Positions 12,216 through 24,106 of a stretch of DNA of 64,000 nucleotides are shown one piece after another. The stretch is taken from positions 56,856,001 through 56,920,000 of the forward strand of contig NC_058382.1 in NCBI RefSeq assembly GCF_018350175.1, in the 5' to 3' direction. Both the position numbers and the translations under genes were made by a program. The notes beneath the pieces were generated by a model. It did no database searches and was not told the origin of the DNA. It worked only from the letters and a program-made list of their open reading frames with translations. Each line of letters starts with the position of its first letter. The stretch's first letter is position 1. The DNA is from Felis catus. Lineage: Eukaryota.

Positions 12216-13097
12216 CTGATGACTGTTTACTCAGGCAGGTACAGTCTCCTAGCCTTGCTTCTTCTTTCCAACATCAAAAACCCTGGAAGTTGTTCGATTT
12301 TCGGGTTGACATCACTGACTGCAAAACTTTCTAAGGCATCCAAAGCAAAGACTCGAACCGATTGCTTCCCTATAATCTCGTGACCTCTGCTGACTTCTTC
12401 CTCATTTTCTCTTTTCATATATATATTTTTCCAACTTCCTGTACCATGTGTACTGCAAGGATTGGTCTGGATTGCCTACTTCGCTATTACCAGACATGAG
12501 GGTCCCAGGTCTCTCTTTCTGCTGTCACACAAAACAGATACAAAGCCCCTGAGAAATGGGCCCCGCCCATCATGTAGAAGGACATCTCCCCCCCCTCCCA
12601 CACCACCCTGCACATGGGGAAGAAACAGGCAATGATACTAAGTGAGCACCTACTGTGAACCAAGGGCTGGGTCTCGCCATATATCTTCCCATTAACTCTC
12701 CTGGGCACACTGTGAGGTTCTTTAAGCTCTCCGTGTATCAAGATCTTCTTTGTAAGTGGTGATGAAATACCTCCTCTGGGGCTTTCCTGAAAGTTGAGGG
12801 AGTTCTTTTAGGCGAAGGTGGGTCAGTTAACCGGCTCCGTGCAAAGTTTGCTCTCTCCCCGTGGTCCCCTTGAGGCAGCTCCTTACAACTTGTGCCTACA
12901 GGCTTTCTCTGGGTTTTCATTCATAGATTCCCTTTCACTTCCTGCTGCCCTGTGCTCCCTCCCCCATTGTTGAGGTGCTCAGAAGAACCCAATGGCATTG
13001 ACTCACCACCATCCTTGATGAAGTCGTTTCATGCTCTTCCAGGAACTGGCTTCCCAAAGAATTTACCACCGTCTGATAGGAATTCTACTAACACACC

Positions 13098-13555
13098 TGT
13101 CTTAGTTTGGGCTGCCCGTGAAGCAGACACTGAGATAAAGATTTGGGTGCAAATAGTCCCACTTGGGAGGTGATCTCAGAGCCTATCAGCAAGGGAGAAG
13201 GAGGTAGGATGGGGAAGGGGATACAGCCAATGGATTCTGCATTGTCCAGCCAGCCACCATGTGAGCAGAGGGGTCCAGTCCCACTGGGGTAAGCCCAGGA
13301 ACCCATGGAGACTTATCCCAGCCAGAGAGTGAAGGAGCCAGAGAGTGAAGGAGTGGTTTTACACACCAGCCCCCATCAGTCACTGGTGAGGGTTGCTGCT
13401 GAGGGAGCTAATTCCCTGGCACATCCAGCCAGCTGCACAGCGGGCAAAGAACTCTGGCTACTGGAGCAAGTTCTCAGTCACAGAAATGGAAGTGCTCCCA
13501 GATGGAGCTGGGCTGAGAGGCACTGAAGGGGTAAGGGTGTCAGGGCCCAATCAGT
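13098..13555 (-). mobile_element. ERVL LTR (LTR33-like)
   Basis: tgtcttagtttgggctgcccgtgaagcagacactgagataaagatttgggtgcaaatag...gggaggtgatctcag. Confidence 0.75.
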
Positions 13556-14899
13556 GTCTCTTAAAACAGACTCGTTCATCTTCCTGGCCTCTGCCTCTTT
13601 CTAAGGCAAATTAACAGTGAGAGCCCAAGGGTCACATGGAATTCTATTGAGCAGGTGCATTTGACGGTGACATTTTGATTCCAGAATTTGTCGTGCTTTG
13701 CTCTCACTGACTTCTGCACCCTGGAAGAAGACGGAATTTGGTTCATGAGAGCCCGACATAGACTCAGTACAATCCCCAAACTCAGGGCCAGTCCATTCCG
13801 GAAGATAAGTCCCTCAGAGCCTAGTGACTGCCTCTTTTATCGTGTATAATTTCCTCCATGACACAGCCCCCGTGAATGAGGAGTGTATCGGAGATGAATC
13901 GGGCTCCTGGGGTGGGAAGCATTGGCCCTCAGGCACAGGTGTTCCGGATGCTAGGAGTTCACACCTGTGTCAGGGTCACACCTACATCACCCGCAGTGCT
14001 GTGTTAACACGTCATCAGGATTCTGCACTGTCTCTGACTGCAGTGGTTGTCAAAGCAGCCAGAAATGCGAGCTCGGGGATGAGCAGACTCAGACAGGGTT
14101 GGGTGGCCAAGTTCCTGCAAGGCTCCACCAAAGTCATCTGAAGGTCACAGCCAGCGGCCGTGTAGACCAGCTTAATTCGGGGTTGGCGGCCCCACCTATC
14201 CTCCAAAATTCTGTGGGCTGGAGAATGCGTTGTGATATATCTTACATGCCATGCCCAGAGCACAGAAGAACTCATCTCTTTTGCATGCCCAGCCATGGAG
14301 CTTGAGCCTTCTCTAGCTCTCTGTAGCAATTAAATATTGTTTAGAGCAGGGAGAGAATGAGATTCACGGTTTTAAAGTATTTTTTCAATAAACTGAGTTT
14401 GTTCTCGTAAGGCTATTGTTGGGTCTGAGAGCCCAGAGTAACAGAGTCCTTCCTCTCAATTATTCACAGTGGGTTCTGCTCTGGGCACAGTTATCGAACA
14501 CCTGTCTGAGCAAGTAATTCTTTGTGGCTCTTCCACAATTATGTATATACCCCATTGTCTCTGCTCTCAAGTAGCTTGGGGTCTCCTGGGAGTGGTAAGA
14601 AATCCAACCCAGCAAACAACAGAGTTTTCATAAAAGCCACCGGTGCTGAGGGCCAAGCGAGTGGTCCAGGCATAAATGCTGTAGAGGCTCAAGAGGGGAA
14701 GAGATCCAGGGACTAAGGTGGTCCAGAGCTGGCAGGAGGGGACAAGATTTGAATGGACCATGACAGCTAAGCGGGATAAGGATAAGCTGATGGGGACGGG
14801 AGATGGATGATTTTAGGCACATCTGGGAACAGTGGGGAGACTCATTTTGCCTGAGTAGAGGGTTAATGGTAGGAGGAAATGGTAGGAGGAGGACAAATG

Positions 14900-14902
<3 letters not shown>

Positions 14903-14945
<43 letters not shown>
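14903..14945. repeat. (AC)n microsatellite, ~21 units
   Basis: Direct read. Confidence 0.97.
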
Positions 14946-14947
<2 letters not shown>

Positions 14948-15084
14948 CAGGCATTGTGGAAAGCCCCCAGGAACCCTGTAGCCATAAGCCCGCTAGGGAG
15001 TGAGGTACTAACCCAGGGAAGAAAGACGAGGACTTGGAATGGGGGTGGGGGAGGGGAGACCACCATGAGTGGGACAAGCGGTCT

Positions 15085-15270
15085 CTAGTCCCAGCTCTGC
15101 CACTTTCTGATTGCGCGAGCCTGCGCTGGCCGCATGGTCTCTCTGAGCCTCAACTTTCTCATCCTGGAACCCATAGCAACATTCCTTTCCCCAGACAACG
15201 GTGCTTCAGATCACATGACATGTCAAGTGTACAATGCCCGGTACAGTGCCCAACCAGAGTAGGTGGTCAT
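15085..15270 (+). mobile_element. MIR
   Basis: cccagctctgccactt...tctctgagcctcaactttctcatc. Confidence 0.65.
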
Positions 15271-15289
15271 CATCGCTGCTAGGGTGAGG

Positions 15290-15500
15290 ATGGTGTGGCA
15301 GCGATGTCCCAGGGCCAGGCCACAGCAGCTTTCACAGACCAGCCACTCCCGCCTTCCCAGCTCCGCAGCCAGTGACGTCATGCACAACTTGAAATCGGCC
15401 AGAGTGGAAGCATTTACACCATGGCAATGGACAGACACGACTAGACTGGGCTTTTTATTCCCCCCTCCAGAGAACTGCACATTAAGCCTTTGGCAGTATA
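15290..15500. mobile_element. MER63A-like hAT-Blackjack MITE
   Basis: cagtgacgtcatgcacaacttgaaatcggccagagtggaagcatttacaccatgg matches the recalled MER63 core. Confidence 0.7.
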
Positions 15501-16214
15501 CTTCTGGTAGTAGAAAAGCAAAACAAGAGTGAGATGTAAATGTTACCGCGGTGGGAAGCTTAAAACAGCAAGCCTGAACAGATGGGCTCGTGTGTCCCAG
15601 CGTCCCACACCCTCGTAGGGCATGTGTTTTTATTTTGTTCTTCGTCTGGCGGGAGTCATAGCCTCCTGTTCAGATTCGCTGGCCTTCCTTCCAATGCGGA
15701 GCTATCTGGAGACTGCAGGAGGCGGGAGGTGGACGGTTCAGCATCATCTTAGTGAAAATGTTTACTAATAAAAAGTTTGGTGTTAACGTAGCCGCTTAAG
15801 ATTTCTCCCAGCTTTTATCCGGCAGCCACAGATTAAATTGTCGGCTTGATTTTACTATGCAGTGGCTTCAGTGAGGAAGGCCAAGTTCCTAAATCATGTG
15901 CATGGCAGGTGCCATATTTCTGAGCCCAGAGCCAAGCTGTGACCTTCCAGTTTCACAGTAACTAGAGCTGGGTGACGTGCATAATAAAGGGAGTACATAG
16001 AGCATTTTAAAAATACGGAATGAAGCCGAAATCAGATAGAGGTATCAGTCTGAAACGGGTTATCAGCACCAAGGTGATCAATCTCCACCTGTCTCATGAC
16101 GCAGATGTGAAAAGTACCGTGACTTGCGCAGGCAAAAGGATTGGAAGTGTTTGGGCTTGAGGACCCACCCCATGCCAAGGTTCGTGCCCTACACAGAATT
16201 CAACCTTTAGAGCC

Positions 16215-16345
16215 ACCCTATGAGTAAGGGTTTAGTGCCCCCATTTTATACATAGGGAAGCAGAAGCTCAAAAAGTTAGTACTTCTCCCAATGACCCACA
16301 GATACTAAATGGCTGAGCCAGGACTTGAACACCATCCATCTGACT
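16215..16345 (-). mobile_element. MIR
   Basis: ccccattttatacatagggaagcagaagctca...gagccaggacttgaac. Confidence 0.7.
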
Positions 16346-16419
16346 GGCCTCTACTCTGTACGTTATCCCCATGCTGCTTCCCAGTGGGAGGCTCCTCCCT
16401 GACTCATCCACTCACCATG

Positions 16420-16735
16420 GTTTCCTCTGCCTAAAATGCTGTCCCCACCCTCTTTACACTTGACTGTCTCCTTTTCACTTTGGTCTTCTCTGTCATCTCC
16501 TCTGAGAGGGCTTTTCCTTGGTCACCTTCACTAAAAAACCTCTCCAACCCTGCCTACCCTTCAGAAGTCACTCCCAATACTGATGCCCCATGTGATGGCT
16601 TTCAGAGCACATAGCACCCTCTGAAGTTGTTGCATTGTCTGTTTATATGTTGCTTATGATTCTAGAACATAAGCTCTGTCATATATGCAGCATACAGAAG
16701 AATGCCTGACACATAGTAGCCATATAATGAAAGAA
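16420..16735 (+). mobile_element. L2 3' end
   Basis: ttcctctgcctaaaatgct...aatgcctgacacatagtag...aatgaaagaatg. Confidence 0.65.
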
Positions 16736-17086
16736 TGGAGAGATGGAGGGAGGGAGGGAGGGAGGGAGGGAGGGATGAATGGAAGGAAAGAAGGAAGGAG
16801 AGATGAAAGAATGGAGAGATGAAGGGAGGGAGGGATGAATGGAAGGAAGGAAGGAAGGAAGGAAGGAAGGAAGGAAGGAAGGAAGGAAGGACGGACCCAT
16901 GGATACATGGATACATGGATGTATGGATGGATACATGGATAAATAGATGGATTCATGGATGGATGCATGGATGGAAAGATACATGGATGGATGGATGGAT
17001 GGATGGATGGATGGATGGATAGAAAGATACATGGATGGACGGATGGATGCATGGATGAATGGATGGATGCATGGATGGATGGATAC

Positions 17087-17160
<74 letters not shown>

Positions 17161-17175
17161 AAGAAAGAAAGAAAG

Positions 17176-17230
<55 letters not shown>

Positions 17231-17320
17231 ATACATGGATAGAAAGGTGGGTGGATGGATACTTGGATAGATGGATGGATGAATGGGTAGAAGAATGGAT
17301 TGGTAGATGAAATTGGACAA
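16727..17320. repeat. Compound tetranucleotide microsatellite (GGGA)n/(GGAA)n/(GGAT)n/(GAAA)n
   Basis: Direct read. Includes a pure purine run at 17089-17231. Confidence 0.97.
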
Positions 17321-17699
17321 ACTCAAATTGGCCATGGGAGGTTCCTTCCTAGTTCAAGACTCCCGTGACTATATTAGAGCCCACCTCCTATAATCCTCCT
17401 GAAGGGGTCCAGGGACCTCTCCTACAGACATGATGTCTTTACCTTCCCCTCCCCTATCAACCTGAGCAGTGCCAGCCTCCCCAGAGGAACAAGATGAATG
17501 ATGAACAGAGATCAGCAGAGACAGGAGCCACTGGTGGAAAACAGGCTATGTTGTAAACAGGGCAATTCAGAGAGGGGGCCTGGCTGGGAGGTGCTGTCCT
17601 GGAATGCATAGGCATACCCCTCTGTACCTCCCATCCCTCTTCCCAGCTCTAGTAGGAATCATCCTACCCCTGGGACTCCTTTCTGCATGCCCTCACCCC

Positions 17700-18200
17700 C
17701 TGAACAAGTGTGACTTAGCCCTAAGCCACAGACACTGGGGATATACAGTCATTAAGACATAAAAGGCCTCTATCATTTGGGCTCACCCAGTCTAAAAGAA
17801 AAGGTAGCTGTGTGAGCATTTGCAGTATCAGAGCTATAATGGTGTGTGCCATTCAAGGTACAAAACAAGACAGTGTGACAAGGACGGAGAAGCACATCTG
17901 TGTCTGCCCGTAAGCGGCACAGTAGGAAGGCATGGCCAAGCTGAGACTTGAAGGTATGCTCAGGCCCAGCACATAGCATAGGCAAGGGCCCAGAGGCTAG
18001 ATGTGTTCCATAAACCCATGGACAGGACCGTGAAAGGACTTGTCTAATGTGCTATAGAATTTGAGCCTTGATCTGTAGACAGTGGGGACGCCTGAAGGGC
18101 TGAACCCAGAAGGATGTTACGTTAGAGCTGAATTTTTTATAAGAAGCCCATTCCTACTGGAGGAAAAGAAAGAAGAGGCTGGGACTAGCACAGCAGCTTA
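17700..18200 (-). mobile_element. L2 internal fragment
   Basis: cactggggatatacag...ggcaagggcccagagg...gaatttgagccttgatctgtagacagtgggga L2-like motifs. Confidence 0.55.
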
Positions 18201-18493
18201 GAGAATTCAAAGACGTGCAGCAGAGTCAAAAAACAAGAAGATAGGATCCAAGAGATTCGCGGATACACTAGACATGGAGGGTGAAAGGGAGGATTCCTGT
18301 CTGTCCCCCAGTTAGGAAGAAGGCTCCTGACCTTCTTGCTGGTTTCCCTTTGATCTACAGTCCCCACTGTCTACAGATCAAGACTCCAGTTCTACGGCAG
18401 AGTAGACAAGACCTTTCACGGTCCTGTCTCCTGGTTTATTGGCCACATCTAGCCTCCAGGCCTTTGCCTATGCTATGTGCCGGGCCTGAACAT
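17956..18493. repeat. 134-bp inverted repeat (arms 17956-18089 and 18360-18493)
   Basis: Manual gapless alignment gives 114/134 identities. The ORF track shows PMLCAGPEH on both strands. Confidence 0.95.
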
Positions 18494-18609
18494 CTGTCGC
18501 CTGGCCTACCTTTTGGTCACCCTTTGTCTGACTGCCTGGGTCTTATGGCTGCTTGAAGGAAAAGGCTGGAGCCTCGGGCTGCATTGAAGCCCAACTTCCT
18601 GTCCCCAGA

Positions 18610-18760
18610 CCAACTGCCTCAAAACCCCGCAGCAGGTGTTAAAATCACAGAGGCTTAGGCCCCACATGGGACCTACCAAATCAAGAACTCCAGCATCAGG
18701 GCGTGGGAATCTGTGTCTTTGAACTCCACAGTGATTCTGGGGCCAGTACTAGGGAGCACA
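18610..18760. mobile_element. MER5-like hAT fragment
   Basis: gttaaaatcacagaggcttaggccccac...gggaatctgtgtctttgaactccacagtgattct. Confidence 0.6.
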
Positions 18761-20258
18761 CAGTGTGGGAAACACGAATTCGGTGTTTTCCACTAATATT
18801 CGAGGGAGGGGAGTGTTGGGAACCAAGTCATGTGTCTGTCTCCACCCTCCCCCCCGCCCCCACCCAGGCTGGCACAGTGCCTCCACAGACCAGGTGGGGC
18901 TCAGCATATGGCTCATCATCCCGCTTCCCCTTGTGCTGGGTACTTGCCCACCTTTTCACACGTGAGTGCAAGATCGTCGCAGGGGACAGCATTGTAACAT
19001 GTCCTGGGCACAGCCTGGCTGGCGATGTGTGAAATCTAGACCAAGAAGTCGACCCAGAGTGTTCTAAAGCAAAGGCAGTAGTTTCCCCGCCCAGCATCGT
19101 CAGGAAATGAAATGTCTACAAAACAACAAAGCAGTGGGCCAAACAGTCAAGTTTGGGAACAGCTTTAACGGCTAATTTCTAATGAGAGTTTCAAAACACT
19201 AATTTTCCAGAGCAGAAAATCACGTTGTGCTCATTTATAACCCGTCGCCTGCAATGAATCGGAGGATATTTCTTTCCGTGTTGTCAGTTAACTTTCTGAG
19301 CCTGTCAGAATACAAAGTAGGGTGGCTGGCCCATAAATCAGCTCTTTGGGAGCTGATAAATGGTTATTGTACAAATCCTGCATTTGCATGGGATCTGGGG
19401 ACATAAATCTACTTCTCATGATCTTACTTGAAAAAAAAAATTATCCCCCTGAAGTCAGAGTGAGCAATTTATACAGGCATTCTCCCCCGGCTGTTTATTT
19501 TTCTCACCTTTAATGGCTGCCTTCCTGCTTTCTGCTCTTACTCTACGCTGTAAACTGTCACATGTCACGTAGGAAAAAAAACTGCCGGGACTTTGGTTTG
19601 AATCTGCCCACCAGGAATAATTTTATAACTTTCCGCTCATCCATGAATAACGATCACTCTGGTAAAGGCTGTCATAATTTACTAGCGTTGGAAGGGACCT
19701 TAGAGAACGTTTAACACTCCCTTCCTTTTCTAGATAGGGTAGCGGAAGCCCAGAAGTGAGAGTAATGGCACAGGCCAAGTCTGGGACAGGACCAGAGTCC
19801 TGTTTGGGCTGGGCGGAGGCAAGGACCCTCACAGCGTATGGAAACACCAGCCACCCTCATGTAAGAGTCAGTGAACATTCGTTCAAAGACCTTGGCTGGG
19901 TTGATAGGAAAGGCCCCGCCAAGAGCAAAGTGCTTGCTCGCTCGTTCATTCAGTATGCTTTCCGTCATTCATTCCTTCATTCATTCACCTTGGCTCGTTC
20001 TGCTCCCATCTCTGCAACGATGAATGAAGACCCCTTAGAGGTGACTCAGAGAGTCCACACATGCCTAGCAGGCAGAAATGAAAGACCACCCAAAGGCCTC
20101 TGTCATGTTTTTGCACTCTGCAGTTCTACTGAGTTCTACTGCTCTAGACTATTCTGAAGACCACCATGGGAAGGGTGTGTGGCTTTGGTATGTTTTGGCT
20201 TTGCTCTAATAACCTTGAAAACCACGGTGAACTCACTTCCTTGAAGGTATTTTCCTTC

Positions 20259-20520
20259 TAACAGCTTTTTTGAGACATAATTGATATCCCGCACAATCCA
20301 CCCATTTAAACTATACAATTCGGAGGTTTTTAGTGGATTCACAGAGTTGTACGACTGCCACCACCATCAGTTTTATGACATTTTCTCCCCCGACCCCCTG
20401 GAAAGAAAGCCCACTCTACTTAGCCACAGCCTTAGCGCCCCCATCCCCTGCCATAGGTAACCACTCACGGACTTTGTCTCTGGATTTGCCTCGTGTGGAC
20501 TCTACATATGAATGGAATCT
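20259..20520 (-). mobile_element. L1MB-like 3' end
   Basis: aacagctttttgagacataattgata...cacccatttaaactatacaattc...atatgaatggaatc. Confidence 0.85.
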
Positions 20521-21964
20521 TAGACCCTTAGGTCCTTGGACCCTTAGTAAGAAGACAGTGGACGTTGCTTAGTGTCTCGAGAAAAGACGCATGTGTCATT
20601 CTTCTCTTTTTCCTCAACCGTGTGGACACTTTCAAATGTACAGAAATGTTGAGAGAATTTTCCAGCAAACTCCTGTGCACTCATCACCTGGACTCGAACA
20701 TTTTATTCTACCTGCTTTTCCACAAACCACCTCATCTACCCCATGGATCACTGCCTCAGTGGGTTCTCAAGGGAGCAACTTGCACTCTTCCCAAATCAAA
20801 AGGAAAAAATACTCAATTTTGCAAAATAAAATGTCAACGTAGGGGATTTTCAAAGCCAAGACTGTTAGTCAGTTGACGTTAGGGGTTCTGAAACACAAAA
20901 CTGTGTTCAAATGGTGAAGGAGGCTTGAAAGAGCTATCCAAGAAAGCGTGTGTTCTACACACGAGGACAGAGGACTGACCGGGTGTGGGAATGACGAGTC
21001 CCTTGAAGGGACCCGCTGACACCCTAGCTCAACTGGCCAAGCAGAGAGAGCCAGGGAGAGAAGCGAGTGGTTTCGGGGGATGGCGACCTCCTCCTGTCTC
21101 TGCTCATTTGCCCATTGTTGAGGGTTTCAAAGATTTAAGGGTCACCCTTGATTCATGCATTTCCCGGGAAGAACCGGATGCCTGCAGGAAGGTGCTTCCT
21201 TGTCTTTTGTGCAGCGAAAACTTCATTGAAACGTGGCTGTCTCCAGAGCCACGGCCCCTCCCAGGAGTAGGACCCCAGCACGCAGCATCATGTGCTCAGA
21301 TGCTGTGGGCGGTGGTCTGGGCGGGCAGGAGCCAGCGTGGTGCGACAGTAGAGAAATCCAGACACTCTCCCTCCAGAACCCATCCTTGACCTTGGGGTTT
21401 AAGCCCTTGGTGCACACAAGGGACCTGGGGCAACATGGCCCCACAAGCCTGCGTGCAAGAGTGGTGATGTAACTCTAGGAGGGTTGGATGACACTGGCTG
21501 TGTAAGTGTGTGTGTGCACGTGTGTGTGTTGTGAGGACACGTTTAATTTGAGTCCCTGTGAAGCAAGGAGGAAAGGTCTTGGCCAGCGGCTCAATAGCTC
21601 CTGCCAATATGTGCAAAGTAATTCTTTTAAATGAGTGAACTAGCCTTGATATACTATAAACTTGATAAACTGTATTAAGGCGCTGTTGAAACGGGAATTC
21701 AAAACGCTCATCTTAGTAATTTACTCATCAGTCACCGTGTTTACCAAATGCCAGAGGACCCCTGGGGAGAAGAGAACACAAATTAAAATAAGACACGTCT
21801 CCTGGCCCTCAGAGAACTCTGTCCGGCAGGGGGGAAACACACAATTATGCCATGTATATACAATTATGACATTGTGTATACATTTGTATATTAGATTGGA
21901 CAGTATGAATTGTTGCTATTTGACAGGTTTTGACCATGAAAATGGTCAACCTAATATTTATGTA

Positions 21965-22566
21965 GTGGTATGTTAGTAACAAAATACCATAGACCAGGAG
22001 TTCAACGATGGAAATTTACTTCTCACAGCTCTGGAAGCTGGAAGGCCATGATCAAGGTCTGGCCAATTCCGTTTCTGGTGAGAGCGCTTTTCCTGGCTTG
22101 CCTTATGGCCCTCTTCTCACTGTGTCCTCACGCGGCCTTTCCTCTGGGGGCACAAGCGGAAAGAAAGAGATGGCTCCCCCAGGTCTCTTCTTATCAGGAC
22201 ACTAGTCCTATCAGAACAAAGCCCCACCCTGGTGACATCATTTAACTTTTGTTACTTCCTTTCGAGGCCTCATCTCCAAACACAGCCACGCTGGGTGGTT
22301 AGGGATTGAACAGAAGCGCTGGGGCGCCTGGGTGGCTCAGTCGGTTAAGCATCCGACTTCAGCTCAGGTCATGATCTCGTGGTTCGTGGGTTCAAGCCCC
22401 GCGTCGGGATCTGTGCTGACAGCTCAGAGTCTGGAGCCTGCTTCGGATTCTGTCTCCCTCGCTCTCTGCCCCTCCCCCACTTGCTTGTGCACTCTCTCTA
22501 AATAAATAAATTAAATAAATAAATAAAATGTGAAGGTGAGAGGCAAAAAACATTCAATCCATAACA
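21965..22566 (-). mobile_element. MaLR LTR (MLT1A-like) interrupted by a CanSINE
   Basis: taacaaaataccatagacc...tctcacagctctggaagctggaagg...acattcaatccataaca. Confidence 0.85.
22321..22527 (+). mobile_element. CanSINE
   Basis: Full head and (TAAA)n tail. Confidence 0.95.
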
Positions 22567-22893
22567 AGTACCTATGAACACCTTATGTGTATGTGTATCC
22601 CCCATATATAGGGTTATGTGCCATATATAATGCATGTTTATTTTTGAACATACCTATGCACACCCACGCTACGACAGCAAGGTTGCACGGAGGACAGAAA
22701 CACTGACTTTACCAGGACGGAAATGGAGATGTGCAGCTGTAAAGGAAGACATGTTTATATTACTAGTTTTTTATTGGAGAAAAAAAAAAAAAGCCTTGTT
22801 ATAAAAGGACTACAGGTAGAAATTTTAGAAATTCTGATAATCAAAAATAGAAATGCTACAAATCCCACTACCCAGACGTGGACCCAACTACTC

Positions 22894-23081
22894 TTTTATT
22901 TTTTTTTTTTTAAGTTGTATTTATTTATAATGAGAGGGTCGAGCGGGGGAGGGGCAGAGAGCCAGAATCCTAAGCAGGCTCTTCAGAGCCTGATACGGGG
23001 CTCAAACTCACGAACTGCAAGATCTTGACCTGAGCCAAAGTCAAGAGTTGGCCGTTTCACCGACTGAGCCACTAGGCACCC
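22894..23081 (-). mobile_element. Older CanSINE
   Basis: Reverse SINE body. TSD ~caac(t/c)actctt. Confidence 0.88.
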
Positions 23082-23109
23082 CAGACACAACCACTCTTAA
23101 GGCCGAGGT

Positions 23110-23342
23110 CAGCCAGCGAGGCATCCCATTTAAGAATGTAGATGTTCCGCCTGGAGGCCTCCAGCACTTACCAGCTGTGTGACCTGAAGCAGGTTACTTA
23201 GCCTCTCTGTGCCTCGGGGTCCTCATCTGTACGGTGGGTCAGTAACACCAACATCATGAGGCTCTTGTCAGAGTTAAAGGAGCTAAACCCTGTAAAACGC
23301 TCAGGACGTTTCCGGCACAAGTAAGTGCTCAGTAAATAGCAA
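23110..23342 (+). mobile_element. MIR
   Basis: cacttaccagctgtgtgacctgaagcaggttacttagcctctctgtgcctc...taagtgctcagtaaatagc. Confidence 0.85.
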
Positions 23343-23925
23343 CCTCTGTTTTACTGTCGGTCTCTTCATCACTGGTATGATTCTGAACACAGATGCCACC
23401 GACAACATTCCCTTCCAGGGTGTTTTTTTCAGCCGGGTTGGCAGACGGGCTTGGGATTACGCACCACGTCCTGGAATAAGAAGGGCTCGTGTGCCCCGTA
23501 TTTGCCTGGGGTCTTCTCGGTTGCACGTGTGTTCCCGTGCAGTAGAGAAATGGGGTTTTTCGCTGTCGTCTCCACATACCTAGTCATCTTGCCGTGCACA
23601 TCATGGCCATCATTGTTTTCATTTTCTGCGTACCGTTTCATTTTCTGGGCCACTAATCACTTTCAGCAGTTTCTTGGTATTCTTTAAACTTCTTCTATAA
23701 CAAACCGTGATGGAAGAAACATTCTTGTAGCTAAACGTTTCTGACAAATAAGTCTGAGTGATGCTTTATTCTGAGGCCCTTCTTCAGACCCTTTCATGCT
23801 GTGAATCTGCTTAGTCAAGGTTCTGAGAAGTTCTGCAGAGGAGGGATAGCTTTGACTTTATTAGATGAGACGTATTCTCATCTTTATAAAATTGCTCCCT
23901 TTAGCTCTTTCTTTGGGCTAAGTTA

Positions 23926-24106
23926 TTTTTCAAGTTTTTTTGTTTATTTTGAGAAAGAGAGAGAGGGGGAGAGAGAGAATCACAAGCAGGCTCTGCACCA
24001 TCAGCGCAGAGCCCGACATGGGGCTTGAACTTATGAACCAAGAGATCATGACTTGGGCCGAAATCGAGAGTGGGACACTTACCCAACTGAGACACCCAGG
24101 CGCCCC
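23926..24106 (-). mobile_element. CanSINE
   Basis: TSD tgggctaagtt(a/g)ttttt. Confidence 0.93.

Noticed and set aside
16654..17335. Long ORFs (up to 218 aa) on both strands
   Set aside because: Translations of a stop-poor tetranucleotide microsatellite
19756..20157. ORF containing MNEDPL, reminiscent of the cadherin ENEDPL motif of the upstream CDH13 exon
   Set aside because: Only five residues match. The flanks have no cadherin motifs and there is no supporting exon structure, so it is coincidence.
21161..21170. Isolated palindrome TTCCCGGGAA (STAT-like), plus scattered AP-1 and NF-kB matches elsewhere
   Set aside because: Single short motifs are expected by chance in 64 kb without clustering or conservation data
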